This document shows, piece by piece, positions 22,800 through 23,684 of a stretch of 23,684 nucleotides of DNA. The translations under genes were made by a program, and so were the position numbers. The notes below the pieces were generated by a model that was given only the letters and a program-made list of their open reading frames with translations, had not been told where the DNA came from and did not search any database. Numbering within the stretch: the stretch's first letter is position 1; each line of letters begins with the position of its first letter. Source of the stretch: Seison nebaliae (taxonomy: Eukaryota); NCBI GenBank assembly GCA_023231475.1, contig JALJEE010001281.1:62001-85684 (forward strand), given 5' to 3'.

Positions 22800-23185
22800 C
22801 TTTATTTCTTCATGTCGTATATCTAAAAGGAAATTTATTTTTTATTTTTTGGACGCGTCAAAAGCGTTTGATTCGATTTCGATGTCTCACGGAATGAGAG
22901 TCTTACATAATTCCGGAATGGATGAGTTTTCTCTCCGTTTCATAAGCGAAATGTTCACAAATGCTTATGGTGTCATCAAACATAAATCAGAATCTTCGTC
23001 GTTATTCAAGATTAACAAAGGAGTCCGACAAGGTTCAATTCTCGCTACTTGGATTTTTGGAAGAATTATTGATGAAGTTCTTGTCGATGCTAACAATAAC
23101 TTCTCCTTTAAAGTCGGTAATGAGAGTTTCCCATCAGTCTACGCTTATGCGGATGACATTCTCATTTGTTGTAATAATGTAATAA
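22800..23185 (+). mobile_element. Non-LTR (LINE) reverse transcriptase fragment, subdomains about 3-5
   Basis: FLDASKAFDSI, FKINKGVRQGSILATWIF, YAYADDILI; similarity stops just after the YADD box. Confidence 0.92.
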
Positions 23186-23684
23186 TGAATCGGAGTATTA
23201 AATTGTTCGCATTTAGAGAATTCCGGGAAAGGAAACAAAGAGGAGGAAATATTCTCCGATAGTGATAGATATCGTTCCAACACAATTAAAGGAAAAGGAG
23301 GTAATTCCACAACGGAGAACATCAGAGCTCTACAGGTCTAGGACGGCCCAGTAAAACTCGAATGCACCGATTATATGCTTTATCGAGAGAATCCATCGAT
23401 TTATTCGATATACCCAAGGAAGCTTGAAGTCCATAGAACCCGCAACAGAAGGTGAAGAAGAGTTTTAACTTCAGCTTTATCGGAAAGTATTTGCATCTGT
23501 GGTGGAAGGAGTAGAAGTTTCTTATGAATTTGCGACGTATTTCATCAACAAAAGAGGAGCTTCTTTTCCTTTTATCAATTAGACAGCCAAGAAATATAGT
23601 TTCATTGCAAGTAATCGATCTGAGAACGGAATATTTTTTACTAATTACATTGTTGTTTAACAACTTCGATTTTTGATTATTGCA
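23186..23684 (-). mobile_element. Inverted LINE ORF2 fragment: RT subdomains 6-7 and thumb/C-terminal region (CR1/L2-group-like), runs off the window
   Basis: Minus strand reads CNNQKSKLL...IFLGCLI...KLKLFFTFCCGFYG...LDKAYNRCIRVLLGRPR, then after a frameshift ALMFSVVELPPF. These motifs normally follow YADD in LINE ORF2. The clade is inferred. Confidence 0.8.

Overview
AT-rich, gene-dense eukaryotic (metazoan) genomic DNA with very short spliceosomal introns. I reconstructed the genes by hand; in order: the 3' part of a coiled-coil gene (+, possibly a laminin beta/gamma tail), KRI1 (-), an intronless S/N-rich orphan ORF (+), a divergent beta-tubulin (+), a secreted ZP-domain protein (+), ARL8 (-), a GALNT10-like GalNAc-transferase (-), LRPPRC (+), a small diverged repeat pair, and a decayed, internally deleted and rearranged non-LTR retrotransposon. 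The main observation is the splice code. Of 29 coding-region introns, 28 begin GTT, one begins GTG and none begins with the usual GTA. There is no +5 G or exon-side G consensus, AAG acceptors are frequent (9/29), and intron length appears to have a floor near 40 nt. This suggests lineage-wide rewiring of 5' splice-site recognition. All gene models come from reading frame and remembered protein conservation, not transcripts. The organism cannot be identified from this window.
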